Below, piece by piece: positions 63,136 to 64,000 of a stretch of DNA of 64,000 nt. Each line of letters starts with the position of its first letter. The first letter of the stretch is position 1. Location: positions 160,001 through 224,000 of the forward strand of contig CBDCNQ010000002.1 in NCBI GenBank assembly GCA_965219445.1, read 5' to 3'. Under the pieces are notes generated by a model. The model was not told where the DNA came from and did not search any database. It was given only the letters and a program-made list of their open reading frames with translations. Made by a program: the position numbers and the translations under genes. The stretch is from Longimicrobiales bacterium. GTDB taxonomy: Bacteria > Gemmatimonadota > Gemmatimonadetes > Longimicrobiales > Gaopeijiaceae.

Positions 63136-63736
63136 TTCCCAATCGGCGGGAATCAATCGGCGGGAATGGCGTCGGCCGAATCCGTAAGTTCAATGATAAC
63201 AACAGATCCGCACGGGAATGCGCATGCTCGCCCAGCGTGCGAGCCGTGTCCGGTCGCGCCCGATGGATCCTGGCCAGGCGGCTCCGCAGCGACCGCGTCA
63301 CCACCTGCGGCCTCGTGGCGATAGGCGGCGTGCTCCGCCGGGCGTGGGCACGAGCTGCGCCGGTGACGCTGAGGCGGTCCGCGGGGATCGCACCGGCGAC
63401 GCGGTTCGCGACGGCGGCACCCACCGCTCGCTGCCCCGGCAGCGGCGCGGGAAGTTGGGGGACAGGGGCCGGATCCCGGCGCTCGGGGCCGTAGAATCGT
63501 TTCTAGGCGCATTGGGGCCGCCACCCACAACCCCCCCGGGGGTTAGGGGTTCGCCACGCGCAGGCGGTCCCTCACCGCGAAGGCGACGGCTATCACCGCG
63601 CTCCGCCGCCGCCGCCGTTCACTCAACTCGGCAGCATCGTCAAGCGTCCACGTGAGCGTAGGGACGCCCGCGAACGTAGGCAGCAGTCGAAGGTTGAAGA
63701 ACTGGCAGCGAAAAAAAGCCGCCGCGCTTCGAGAGA

Positions 63737-64000
63737 TCATGCCATATCGGCCAAAGTCTCCCGAACTAATGCTACATCTTCCTCGAATCGATGGTCTTTA
63801 CCATCACCGGATAACCCAATCACTCGATATGTCCGGAGATCGGGTGCCAGGCGATTGAATACAAACCGACACTGATTAACGCATTGCCTAGTTTTTTTGT
63901 TCTTCAAATTCGGCTTCATCAGTACCAGTAACTTCTTGGGGCAGGGGTGCATCAATAGATCAACAATGGCTGCCCGAACCTGTTTCTCGTTTCTCGCTTC
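63737..64000 (-). CDS. C-terminus of an AT-rich hypothetical gene starting outside the window
   Basis: Frame open from the window edge (EARNEKQVRAAIVDLL...) to the stop at 63737. Confidence 0.5.
   Translation of the reverse strand, partial: EARNEKQVRAAIVDLLMHPCPKKLLVLMKPNLKNKKTRQCVNQCRFVFNRLAPDLRTYRVIGLSGDGKDHRFEEDVALVRETLADMA

Noticed and set aside
1..64000. CRISPR array
   Set aside because: No regularly spaced repeat-spacer series seen; only a cas3 fragment
1..64000. Many long Arg/Pro/Gly-rich ORFs in the track (e.g. 17429-18769, 25162-26514, 61315-63156)
   Set aside because: Antisense or alternate-frame shadows of real genes in high-GC DNA

Overview
GC-rich bacterial DNA in two parts. 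The protein families resemble Gemmatimonadota (inference only). About 1-17.0 kb is ordinary chromosome: a TMTC-like glycosyltransferase, an NHL-repeat protein, an FAH / oxalate-CoA-ligase-like / PanE-like trio, an NRAMP transporter, DUF3179, creatininase, NIPSNAP, a Tat-exported alpha-hydroxy-acid oxidase carrying a CxxCH motif, YceI, cupins and a class III cyclase. From about 17.1 kb to the end is a decayed composite genomic island. It holds at least 8 tyrosine-recombinase genes or fragments, IS3, two IS256 copies, IS110, two ColE1-like oriT copies, a 5' half of tRNA-Pro, an NgoMIV-like R-M/Vsr operon and many gene remnants. Three highlights: (1) a Cre-like recombinase bracketed by two perfect, mutually inverted 34-bp lox-like sites; (2) a PAPS-reductase/PP-loop gene + cysteine desulfurase + GHKL ATPase operon, a candidate non-canonical sulfur-modification system, split by an IS256 that can be removed cleanly in silico; (3) an IS110 inserted in that IS256's terminal repeat, whose non-coding end carries readable target- and donor-matching guide segments (bridge/seek RNA). 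All family calls come from motif recognition by eye; no database search was run.
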